64,000 bases of DNA. Source: Candidatus Fermentibacteraceae bacterium. Lineage in GTDB: Bacteria > Fermentibacterota > Fermentibacteria > Fermentibacterales > JCC-6. The stretch covers positions 32,001 to 96,000 of the forward strand of contig JBGSZS010000011.1 of assembly GCA_041750285.1 (NCBI GenBank), in the 5' to 3' direction. The translations under genes were made by a program, and so were the position numbers. Positions 43,655 to 52,088 of the stretch are shown piece after piece. The notes beneath the pieces are model-generated. The model was not told where the DNA came from and searched no databases. It saw only the letters and a list, made by a program, of their open reading frames with translations. Positions within the stretch are counted from its first letter, which is position 1, and each line of letters opens with the position of its first letter.

Positions 43655-43672
43655 TTGTGATTGGTGGGACAA
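43655..43672 (+). promoter_or_regulatory. Putative Rex operator 2
   Basis: TTGTGATTGGTGGGACAA directly before the rex ATG. Confidence 0.55.
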
Positions 43673-44308
43673 ATGAGGCCTGCGATACCGGCAAACACTG
43701 TTGAAAGGCTCAGCCTGTACCGAAGACTTCTCGAGGCATGGCTGGAAAAGGGGACTGTAAGCCTTTACTCGCATCAGATAGCCTCGATGGCCTGCGTGAC
43801 ACCGGCACAGGTGAGGCGTGACCTGATGGCGATAGGTTACACGGGCAGCCCCAGCAGGGGTTACTCGGTCGATGCCCTTGAAGAGAGCATCGCTCTGTTC
43901 CTCGGCAGCGACCAGGTCAGGAAGATCGCGCTGGTTGGGATGGGAAACCTCGGAAGGGCGCTGACCACCTACTTCACATCACGCGTTCCACGCTTCAAGA
44001 TGGCCGCCGCCTTTGACACCGATTCAAGAAAGACCGGCCGGGTGATAGCCGGATGCATGGTTTACGGCATTGAGGAGATTCCCCGCATCATCCCCGCCGA
44101 AGGCATCCGAACAGCAGTCCTGGCCCTTCCGGTAGACAGCGCCCAGGAGATGGCAGACCGCCTCGTGAACGCCGGGATAAAGGGCATTCTCAATTACGCG
44201 CCGGTTCCTCTCAGGCTGCCGGCGGATGTATTCTTGGAAAACCGGGATGTGACCGCCTCCCTCGAGAAGGTGGCGTTCTTCTCCGGACAGCCCCGGGAAG
44301 GAAGCTGA
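43673..44308 (+). CDS. rex: Redox-sensing transcriptional repressor Rex
   Basis: IP..TVERLSLY, QVRRDL..IG..G....GY, VGMGNLGRAL and GILNYAP motifs. Confidence 0.96.
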   Translation: MRPAIPANTVERLSLYRRLLEAWLEKGTVSLYSHQIASMACVTPAQVRRDLMAIGYTGSPSRGYSVDALEESIALFLGSDQVRKIALVGMGNLGRALTTYFTSRVPRFKMAAAFDTDSRKTGRVIAGCMVYGIEEIPRIIPAEGIRTAVLALPVDSAQEMADRLVNAGIKGILNYAPVPLRLPADVFLENRDVTASLEKVAFFSGQPREGS

Positions 44309-44311
44309 TCC

Positions 44312-44788
44312 ATGGGCGAGTGCAAAGTTGCCAGGGTGCTTGGAAAGTATCCTGGAGCAGGCAGGGACAAGCTGATCCCCATCCTCCAGGAGGTTCAGGA
44401 GGCGGAGGGATTCCTCCGAAGGGAAGCCGTGGTGATGATCGGTCGGCATCTGGGTGTTCCGACCAGCCAGATCTTCGGCGTTGCCACCTTTTACAACCAG
44501 TTCAGGTTTGAGCCGGTGGGAAGGTTCCACATCCAGATCTGCCGGGGAACCGCCTGTCACGTGAAGGGTTCGGCAAAGCTTCTGGATACGCTCAAACGCG
44601 AACTTGGCGTGGAGCCGGGAAGGACCACCAGGGATGGGCTGTTCAGCATCGAGGTGGTGGCCTGCATCGGCGCCTGCGGACTTGCCCCCGTGATCTCCAT
44701 AAATGGCGAGTTCCATGCCAGGGTGACTCCCGAGGAGATACCGGTTCTTCTGGAAGGCTGCCGCAAAAAATCACGGGAGGTGAGCTGA
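44312..44788 (+). CDS. hydC: Trimeric [FeFe]-hydrogenase gamma subunit (NuoE-like, 2Fe-2S)
   Basis: GVATFY.QF, CRGTACHVKG and ACIGACGLAP motifs. Confidence 0.92.
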   Translation: MGECKVARVLGKYPGAGRDKLIPILQEVQEAEGFLRREAVVMIGRHLGVPTSQIFGVATFYNQFRFEPVGRFHIQICRGTACHVKGSAKLLDTLKRELGVEPGRTTRDGLFSIEVVACIGACGLAPVISINGEFHARVTPEEIPVLLEGCRKKSREVS

Positions 44789-46779
44789 TGCCCGTGATAC
44801 TGGACAACTGCTGCGGTCTGTGCACCCATTCCCCAGCCTCTCCCTGCCCGCAGGCCGTGGAATGCCTCAGCGACGGGCCGCTCTGCCACAGTGATGAATC
44901 CTGCGCGCTAAAAAGGGAGTCGTGGAAGACCGCTGTGAGCCACAGTGGAAAAAAGACCCCGGTCATCTTCGTTGGAGCCGGTACCTGCGGCCTCGGTGCG
45001 GGGGCGGCGGCTACGATGGTTGCGATCCGTGAGTTTCTCGAAGCCCGCTCGCTGGAATGCATAATGGTGGAGGTCGGCTGCATAGGCCTTTGTGCAGTGG
45101 AGCCGATAGTCGACATCGAGCTGCCGGGCAGACCAAGGGTCTCCTTCATGGAAGTCACGCATGACCGGGTTGGCGTTCTTCTCGATTCCATGCTTGTGAG
45201 GGGTGAGGTGCCTTCCAAAATGGCGCTCTGTCAGTTCCCGGGAAGCGGTGAGCCGTGGAGCGGGGTCCCCCTCTTCAACGAACATCCCTTCTTTGCCCCA
45301 CAGACGAGATGGGTCCTCGAGAACTGCGGCATAATGGACCCGGTGAGCCTTGATGAATACATGGCGGAAGGCGGATACCGCGCCTTCTCGACGGCCCTCA
45401 GGACACTCACGCCCGACCAGGTCTGTTCCATCGTCGAAGGGAGCGGCCTCAGGGGAAGGGGCGGCGGCGGCTTCCCCACGGGAAGGAAATGGCGGTTCGC
45501 CCTGAACACCCCCTCGGGATCCAAGTATGTGATCTGCAATGCGGATGAGGGTGATCCCGGGGCATTCATGGACAGGGCGGTCATCGAGGGTGACCCCCAC
45601 AGGCTGATCGAAGGGATAGCCATTGCCTCGTATGCTGTGGGAGCCAACAACGCCTACATCTACATAAGGGCCGAGTACCCCCTGGCGATCCGGAGGCTGA
45701 AGGTTGCCCTGGAGCAGGCGGAGAGGAATGGCCTGCTCGGAACCAACATCTTCGACAGCGGCTTCGATCTTCACATCATGATAAAAATGGGCGCAGGCGC
45801 TTTCGTATGCGGCGAGGAGACGGCCCTGATCCACAGCATCGAGGGCCAGAGGGGCATGCCTTCTCCAAAGCCGCCGTTCCCCGCGGTCAGCGGGCTCTTC
45901 GGCAAACCCACGGTGATCAACAATGTAGAGACGCTTGCCAACGTTCCCGGGATCATCCGCCAGGGCGCGGAGTGGTTCCGATCCAAAGGCACTCCGAACA
46001 GCCCGGGAACAAAGGTGTTCGCCCTTTCAGGCAAGATCGCGAACACAGGGCTGATCGAGGTCGCCATGGGGATAAGCCTTGATGAGATCCTGTTCGGAAT
46101 GGGTGGCGGCATTCCCAACGGCAAGGCCTTCAAGGCGGTTCAGATCGGCGGCCCTTCAGGCGGTTGCATACCGGCAGGCCATACCGACCTCCTCATCGAC
46201 TACGAATCCCTGGGTGCATTCGGAGCCATGATGGGTTCAGGCGGACTCGTGGTTATGGATGAGGACACCTGCATGGTGGATGTGGCCAAGTTCTTCATGG
46301 ACTTCATACAAAGGGAAAGCTGCGGCAAGTGCATCCCCTGCCGCGAGGGCACCCGCCGGATGCTCGAGATACTCAGGGCCATAACCCGCGGTTACCGTGA
46401 CGAGACCCCTGAGCAGTCCCTTGAAAGGTTCAGGGGCATACTGAACCTGGAGAGGCTCGGGCAGGTCATCAGGAAGACCAGCCTCTGCGGCCTTGGCCAG
46501 ACCGCTCCCAACCCTGTGCTCAGCACGCTCAGGTGGTTCAGGGACGAGTACGAAGCGCACATCTTCGAGAGAAGGTGTCCCGCGGGGGTCTGCACGGGGC
46601 TGCTCACCTACTCCATTGACGAGGAGAAGTGCCGCGGATGCACCCTCTGTGCCAAAAAATGTCCCTCCGGCGCCATCAAGGGCGCAAGGAAGAGCCCCCA
46701 TTACATAGTGACCCAGGAATGCATCGGATGCGGCGCCTGCCTTGAGGTCTGCCCCTTCGGCGCCGTCAAGGTTCAGTGA
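44788..46779 (+). CDS. hydB: Trimeric [FeFe]-hydrogenase beta subunit (NuoF-like, FMN/NADH)
   Basis: GLRGRGGGGFPTG, NADEGDPGAFMDR, GAGAFVCGEETAL, ESCGKCIPCREG motifs; C-terminal 2x[4Fe-4S]. Confidence 0.95.
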   Translation: MPVILDNCCGLCTHSPASPCPQAVECLSDGPLCHSDESCALKRESWKTAVSHSGKKTPVIFVGAGTCGLGAGAAATMVAIREFLEARSLECIMVEVGCIGLCAVEPIVDIELPGRPRVSFMEVTHDRVGVLLDSMLVRGEVPSKMALCQFPGSGEPWSGVPLFNEHPFFAPQTRWVLENCGIMDPVSLDEYMAEGGYRAFSTALRTLTPDQVCSIVEGSGLRGRGGGGFPTGRKWRFALNTPSGSKYVICNADEGDPGAFMDRAVIEGDPHRLIEGIAIASYAVGANNAYIYIRAEYPLAIRRLKVALEQAERNGLLGTNIFDSGFDLHIMIKMGAGAFVCGEETALIHSIEGQRGMPSPKPPFPAVSGLFGKPTVINNVETLANVPGIIRQGAEWFRSKGTPNSPGTKVFALSGKIANTGLIEVAMGISLDEILFGMGGGIPNGKAFKAVQIGGPSGGCIPAGHTDLLIDYESLGAFGAMMGSGGLVVMDEDTCMVDVAKFFMDFIQRESCGKCIPCREGTRRMLEILRAITRGYRDETPEQSLERFRGILNLERLGQVIRKTSLCGLGQTAPNPVLSTLRWFRDEYEAHIFERRCPAGVCTGLLTYSIDEEKCRGCTLCAKKCPSGAIKGARKSPHYIVTQECIGCGACLEVCPFGAVKVQ

Positions 46780-46791
46780 GGAAGGTTGGCA

Positions 46792-48507
46792 ATGAAGATC
46801 ACACTGAACGGAAGAACAATGGAGGCAAGGGAAGGCGAGACCATCCTCTCCGCTGCGAGAAGGCTGGGACTCGACATTCCCACGCTCTGTCACATGGAGG
46901 GCCTTCCGCCAACCGGCACCTGCCGAGTGTGCGTGGTGGAGGACCGCAAGACCGGGAAGCTCATACCCTCCTGCTCCTTCCCCGTATCCGACGGGATGGA
47001 CATCGCAACCCATTCCAACCAGGCCGTTGCCGCCAGGAAGACGATAATCGAGCTCCTTCTCGCATCACACCCCGACGACTGCCTTTACTGCCCGGGGAAC
47101 GGAACCTGTGTTCTTCAGCGATACGCACAGGAGCTGGGGGTCAGGCAGAGGAGCTATTCGGGAGCCAGGAACAGGATCAATCTCGACGTGTCAAGCCCGT
47201 CCATAATCCGCGATCCGGAGAAGTGCATACTCTGCGGAAGGTGCGTGAGGGTCTGCTCCGAAGTTCAGGGAGTCTCGGCCATCGATTTCACCGGAAGGGG
47301 CAGCAGCGCACAGATCGGGTGCGCGTTCAACGAGGGGCTGAACGTTTCCAGCTGCGTGAACTGCGGACAGTGCGTGATGGTCTGCCCCACGGGCGCCCTC
47401 ACGGAGCGCAGGGATGTGGACAGGGTTCTCAAGGCTCTTGACGACCCTTCGATGACCGTGGTCGTTCAGCACGCGCCGGCCGTTTCCGTCACACTCGCAG
47501 AGGAGTTCGGGATCAAGCCCGGAAGCGAAATCGTCGACAGGATGAACGCAGCTTTCAGAAGGATGGGGTTCGACAGGGTTTTCCCGACAAGCTTCAGCGC
47601 CGACCTCACAGTGATGGAGGAAGCCCACGAGCTTGTTCAGAGGGTTCGCAGCGGAGGCCCTTTCCCCATGTTCACGAGCTGTTCTCCGGGCTGGATCAAG
47701 TACCTCGAGGAGTTCTTCCCACAGATGCTCGGCAACGCTTCCACATGCAAGAGCCCCCAGCAGATGATGGGTGCCGTCATAAAAAGGCTCTGGGCTCCCG
47801 CCTCAGGTCTCGACCCGAGGAAGGTCTTCAGTGTTTCCGTCATGCCCTGCACGGCAAAGAAGTTCGAAGCCGCCAGACCGGAGATGGGGGATGGGGCACC
47901 CGATGTTGACGCAGTCATAACCACCAGGGAACTGGCGGAGATGGTCCGGATGTTCGGAATAGACATTTCTTCGCTGGAAGGCGAGGAAGCCGACAGCCCC
48001 TTCGGTGAGAGAAGCTCGGCCGGCAAGCTTTTCGGCGCCTCGGGCGGCGTCATGGAAGCCGCAGCCAGAACCGCCTACCACATGCTCACGGGAGAAAACC
48101 TCAAGGAATTGAGGATCGAGGCGGTCAGGGGACTGGATGACGTTAAGGAAACAAGGCTGACCATTGCCGGGATCGAGCTGAAACTGGCGGTGGTGAGCGG
48201 ACTTGGCAATGCGGGACGACTGCTGCGTGACATCATCGATGGGAAGCGGGAGTACCACTTCGTTGAGGTCATGACATGCCCCGGTGGCTGCATCAACGGT
48301 GGTGGCCAGCCATTCCTCACCGATCCGGAGAGGGTCAGGGCAAGGATGCAGAGCCTGTACGAGATCGACAGGAACGCGACACTCAGGGTCGCCCACGAGA
48401 ACAGATCGATCGCCGCGCTCTACCGTGATCATCTTGACGAACCCGGCAGCGGAAAGGCCCATCACATCCTTCACACCACATATTCTCCCAGGGAGGTTCT
48501 CAGGTAG
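46792..48507 (+). CDS. hydA: [FeFe]-hydrogenase catalytic alpha subunit (group A3-type)
   Basis: H-cluster motifs TSCSPGW, MPCTAKKFE and EVMTCPGGCINGGGQP; N-terminal 2Fe-2S, His-ligated and 2x[4Fe-4S] domains. Confidence 0.96.
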   Translation: MKITLNGRTMEAREGETILSAARRLGLDIPTLCHMEGLPPTGTCRVCVVEDRKTGKLIPSCSFPVSDGMDIATHSNQAVAARKTIIELLLASHPDDCLYCPGNGTCVLQRYAQELGVRQRSYSGARNRINLDVSSPSIIRDPEKCILCGRCVRVCSEVQGVSAIDFTGRGSSAQIGCAFNEGLNVSSCVNCGQCVMVCPTGALTERRDVDRVLKALDDPSMTVVVQHAPAVSVTLAEEFGIKPGSEIVDRMNAAFRRMGFDRVFPTSFSADLTVMEEAHELVQRVRSGGPFPMFTSCSPGWIKYLEEFFPQMLGNASTCKSPQQMMGAVIKRLWAPASGLDPRKVFSVSVMPCTAKKFEAARPEMGDGAPDVDAVITTRELAEMVRMFGIDISSLEGEEADSPFGERSSAGKLFGASGGVMEAAARTAYHMLTGENLKELRIEAVRGLDDVKETRLTIAGIELKLAVVSGLGNAGRLLRDIIDGKREYHFVEVMTCPGGCINGGGQPFLTDPERVRARMQSLYEIDRNATLRVAHENRSIAALYRDHLDEPGSGKAHHILHTTYSPREVLR

Positions 48508-50526
48508 ATGGATTCAATACAGGAACCCCTGGTACAGACGGTTCCCGAGAAGTGCAGGGTCTGTTACACCTGCGTCCGGGAATGCCCCGCCAAGGCGATA
48601 AGGATTCAGGAGGGGCAGGCCGAGGTTGTCACCGAGAGGTGCATCGCCTGCGGCAATTGCGTCAAGGTCTGCACAAGGGGCGCCAAGAAGGCCAGGGTGA
48701 ACATCTCCGACGTGGAGACGCTCCTCGCTTCCGGCCGCAGGGTGGCTGCCATGATCGCGCCAAGTTTTCCAGCCGATTTTCCTGGCATCACACCCCGGAA
48801 GCTGGTGGGGATGCTCAACAAACTGGGCTTTCACCCGGTGACCGAGGTCGCATTCGGCGCAGACCTCGTTGCCCATGCCTACAGGGAGCTTCTGCGCAGC
48901 CATCCCGACAGGCGTTACATAGCCGTGAACTGTCCCGCTGTCGTGACCTATGTTGAGAAGTACATGCCGCAGCTGATCCCATTCCTCGCACCGATCGTTT
49001 CGCCGATGGTAGCCGAGGCCAGGGTGGTGAGGCGGTTCTACGGCGATGACACCGCAGTGGTCTTCATCGGTCCCTGCATCGCGAAGAAGGACGAAGCGCC
49101 TTCCGAGGTTGACCAGGTCCTGACGTTCATAGAACTGCAGGAACTCTTCAGGAAGGCCGGCATCAACCCGGACCAGGTCGAGGAGGCATCCTTCAATCCG
49201 CCGTCCCCCGGTCTCGGCATGGTCTTCCCCATAAGCGGGGGCATGCTTCAAGCCGCCGACATCAAGGAAGACCTGGTGTCGGGAGACATAGTTACCGCCG
49301 AGGGCAGGGCGGGATTCCTCGAGGCCCTGAAAGAGTTCGGCAACATGGACATGGACGCAAGGCTCCTGGAGCTGCTCTGCTGCGACGGCTGCATCATGGG
49401 CCCGGGGATGTCGACGAAGGAAGCCATCTTCAGGCGCCGCGCAAGGATCAGCCAGTACTCCAGGAACAAGCTCGAAGAGATAAACTTCAACCACTGGAAC
49501 GTGGCCATGGAGCGGGCGGGCGAGGTCGACCTCGAAAGGGGTTTCGCGGAAAAGGACACAAGGCTTTCGTCACCGGAAGAGGACGATGTTCATGAGATCC
49601 TCCACCGGATGGGCAAGTTCACGCCCGAAGACGAGCTCAACTGCGGTGCCTGCGGGTACGACACCTGCCGCGAGCACGCCATCGCCATACTCAAGGGGCT
49701 CGCCGAGAGCGAGATGTGCCTTCCCTATGCGATAGACCAGCTGAAGCTGACCGTTGACGAACTGGCTGGAACAAGGGTCGCCCTGAAGCACGCCGAGAAG
49801 ATGGCCGGCATGGGCCAGCTTGCCGCCGGCATAGCACATGAGGTGAACAATCCCCTTGGTGTGGTGCTGATGTACGCCCACACGCTTCTGGACGAAAGGT
49901 CGGCCCAAGACCCGGAACTGGCCGAAGACCTCAGGACGATCGCCGTGCACGCGGACCGGTGCAAGAAGATCGTGGCCGGCCTGCTCGATTTCGCAAGGCA
50001 GAACAAGGTCTCCCGCAGGGAAACCGATCTGCCCGCATTCGCTGTGAAAGTCGCGTCGGACCTGCCGAGGCCCGACGGTGTGGAGTTCATGACCGAAAAC
50101 AGGATGAGGGACCCGATGGTGAGCCTCGATGACGACCAGTTCGCCCAGGTCGTGATCAATCTCGTCCAGAACGCATACCAGGCAATGAGCGGCGGAGGCA
50201 GGCTGCTGCTGTCCTTCGATGACCGCGACAACAAGGTCAGCATGAAGGTCACCGATACCGGCACGGGGATCGAACCCGAGAACATGAAGAAGATCTTCGA
50301 GCCCTTTTTCACCACCAAGCCCAGGGGCAAGGGTACGGGGCTCGGGCTTGCGGTGACCTATGGAATAGTGAAAATGCACCGTGGAGGGATAACGGCCGTT
50401 TCCAACACCGACCCCGGGAAGGGTCCCACGGGCACCACATTCACAGTCACCCTCCCCCGGAGGGTCAATGAGGATGAAGGAAGGACCGACAATGAAGGAG
50501 CACCTGACAATTCTCCTGGTGGATGA
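48508..50526 (+). CDS. Sensory (group C-type) [FeFe]-hydrogenase domain fused to a histidine kinase
   Basis: 2x[4Fe-4S], divergent H-cluster motifs AVNCPAV, GPCIAKKDE and ELLCCDGCIMGPG, FeS domain NCGACGYDTC; kinase AHEVNNPL, DTGTGI, FEPFFTTK and GTGLGL boxes. Confidence 0.9.
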   Translation: MDSIQEPLVQTVPEKCRVCYTCVRECPAKAIRIQEGQAEVVTERCIACGNCVKVCTRGAKKARVNISDVETLLASGRRVAAMIAPSFPADFPGITPRKLVGMLNKLGFHPVTEVAFGADLVAHAYRELLRSHPDRRYIAVNCPAVVTYVEKYMPQLIPFLAPIVSPMVAEARVVRRFYGDDTAVVFIGPCIAKKDEAPSEVDQVLTFIELQELFRKAGINPDQVEEASFNPPSPGLGMVFPISGGMLQAADIKEDLVSGDIVTAEGRAGFLEALKEFGNMDMDARLLELLCCDGCIMGPGMSTKEAIFRRRARISQYSRNKLEEINFNHWNVAMERAGEVDLERGFAEKDTRLSSPEEDDVHEILHRMGKFTPEDELNCGACGYDTCREHAIAILKGLAESEMCLPYAIDQLKLTVDELAGTRVALKHAEKMAGMGQLAAGIAHEVNNPLGVVLMYAHTLLDERSAQDPELAEDLRTIAVHADRCKKIVAGLLDFARQNKVSRRETDLPAFAVKVASDLPRPDGVEFMTENRMRDPMVSLDDDQFAQVVINLVQNAYQAMSGGGRLLLSFDDRDNKVSMKVTDTGTGIEPENMKKIFEPFFTTKPRGKGTGLGLAVTYGIVKMHRGGITAVSNTDPGKGPTGTTFTVTLPRRVNEDEGRTDNEGAPDNSPGG

Positions 50527-50881
50527 CGACCAGGATTTCATAGAACAGATGCGTTACATGCTCGAGAGCGCCGGGCATATCGTTCACTCGGCTCCCGGAC
50601 GCGAGAAGGCCATGGAGGCCCTCGATGGCATGAAGCCCGACCTTGCCGTCATCGACCTGATGATGGACCGGAACGACGACGGTTTCGTGCTTGCATACAG
50701 GATGAAGAAGATGTATCCGGAGGTGCCGGTCATAATGGTGACCGCCGTTACGAGCGAAACCGGAATCGACTTCGGTTCCTCCGCAGATACCGGCGGCTGG
50801 ATGAGGGCCGACGCCCTTCTCCAGAAACCCGTGCGGTTCGAACAGCTCGATGCCACGATGCGGCGGCTTCTGAATGGCTGA
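50492..50881 (+). CDS. Single-domain response regulator
   Basis: LLVDDD, DLAVIDLMM, VIMVT and QKP motifs. Confidence 0.92.
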   Translation: MKEHLTILLVDDDQDFIEQMRYMLESAGHIVHSAPGREKAMEALDGMKPDLAVIDLMMDRNDDGFVLAYRMKKMYPEVPVIMVTAVTSETGIDFGSSADTGGWMRADALLQKPVRFEQLDATMRRLLNG

Positions 50882-52043
50882 CGAAATCATCCTCAAACTC
50901 CTGGTCGTCGACGACGAGGCGGGAATGCGCATGGGCGTCCGCCGGGCGCTGAGGGGATTCCAGACCGAGACCGACGACACGGGCACGACGGTGAAACTCA
51001 CGGTTGACGAGGCTGAAAGCGGTGAGCAGGCAATAGAGCTCATTCAGTCCGCCCCGCCGGACATAGTGCTTCTGGACCACAGGATGGGCGGAATCACAGG
51101 CATCGATGTGCTGAACTGGATGGAACAGAACAGCCCCGATGTCATCGCCATAATGATCACCGCCTACGCCTCGCTTGAGAATGCCATCAGCGCGACGAAA
51201 AAGGGTGCCTTCGACTTCCTTCCCAAACCATTCACCCCCGCCGAGTTGAAGGTAGCGGTCAGGCAGGCCGTCAAACACGTGCTTGCCCTGCGGGAGGCCC
51301 GTGAGCTGGCCGAGGAGAAGAAGCGGGTCCGCTTCCAGTTCATCAGCGTGCTGGCCCACGAGCTGAAGGCCCCCCTGGGAGCCATCGAGGGCTACCTGTA
51401 CCTTCTTCAGGACGGCACCGCCCTGAAGAATCCCGAAACCCTTCCCAGGGTCGTTGAAAGAAGTCTCATCCGTCTGCAGGGCATGCGGAAGCTGATCTTC
51501 GACCTTCTCGACCTGACCAGGATAGAGAGCGGAGAGAAGAAGCGGGAGCTTTCGCGAGTGGACCTTGCGGCGATCGCGATGACCAGCCGTGAGACCATGC
51601 TCCCCGACGCCGTGGCAAGGGGGATCACCATAACGCTGGATTCACCCGGGGAGCTCTTCATGAACGGTGACAGGGGCGAGATAGAGATCGTCCTGAACAA
51701 CCTCATCTCGAACGCGGTGAAGTACAACCGGGACAATGGAGCTGTCACTGTGAAGCTCTCCGATTCCGCAGACGAGGTGACCATTTCGGTCTCCGATACC
51801 GGCATTGGAATGACCCCGGAGGAGTGTGAACACCTTTTCGGCGAATTCGTAAGGATAAAGAACGACAAGACCCGGAACATACTTGGCAGCGGCCTCGGCT
51901 TGAACATCGTGAAGAGGATAGCCTCGCTGTACGATGGAAGAGTCTCTGTCGAAAGCACTCCCGACGTGGGAAGCACCTTCTCGGTGGTGCTTGGAAAAGG
52001 GAACGAAAAGGATCGGGTTGCTGCAGACGAGTTGACCGGATAA
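50874..52043 (+). CDS. Hybrid receiver-histidine kinase
   Basis: LVVDDE/LLDHRM/PKP receiver; AHELKAPL, NLISNAVKYN, DTGIG and GSGLGL kinase boxes. Confidence 0.93.
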   Translation: MADEIILKLLVVDDEAGMRMGVRRALRGFQTETDDTGTTVKLTVDEAESGEQAIELIQSAPPDIVLLDHRMGGITGIDVLNWMEQNSPDVIAIMITAYASLENAISATKKGAFDFLPKPFTPAELKVAVRQAVKHVLALREARELAEEKKRVRFQFISVLAHELKAPLGAIEGYLYLLQDGTALKNPETLPRVVERSLIRLQGMRKLIFDLLDLTRIESGEKKRELSRVDLAAIAMTSRETMLPDAVARGITITLDSPGELFMNGDRGEIEIVLNNLISNAVKYNRDNGAVTVKLSDSADEVTISVSDTGIGMTPEECEHLFGEFVRIKNDKTRNILGSGLGLNIVKRIASLYDGRVSVESTPDVGSTFSVVLGKGNEKDRVAADELTG

Positions 52044-52088
52044 GTCGACTCACACTATATCATCTCCGTCATGAAAAGGAGATGACAT

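Noticed and set aside
47670..47700. HydA motif TSCSPGW instead of TSCCPxW as a sign of inactivation
   Set aside because: This variant is known in functional multimeric [FeFe]-hydrogenases, and the other H-cluster motifs are intact
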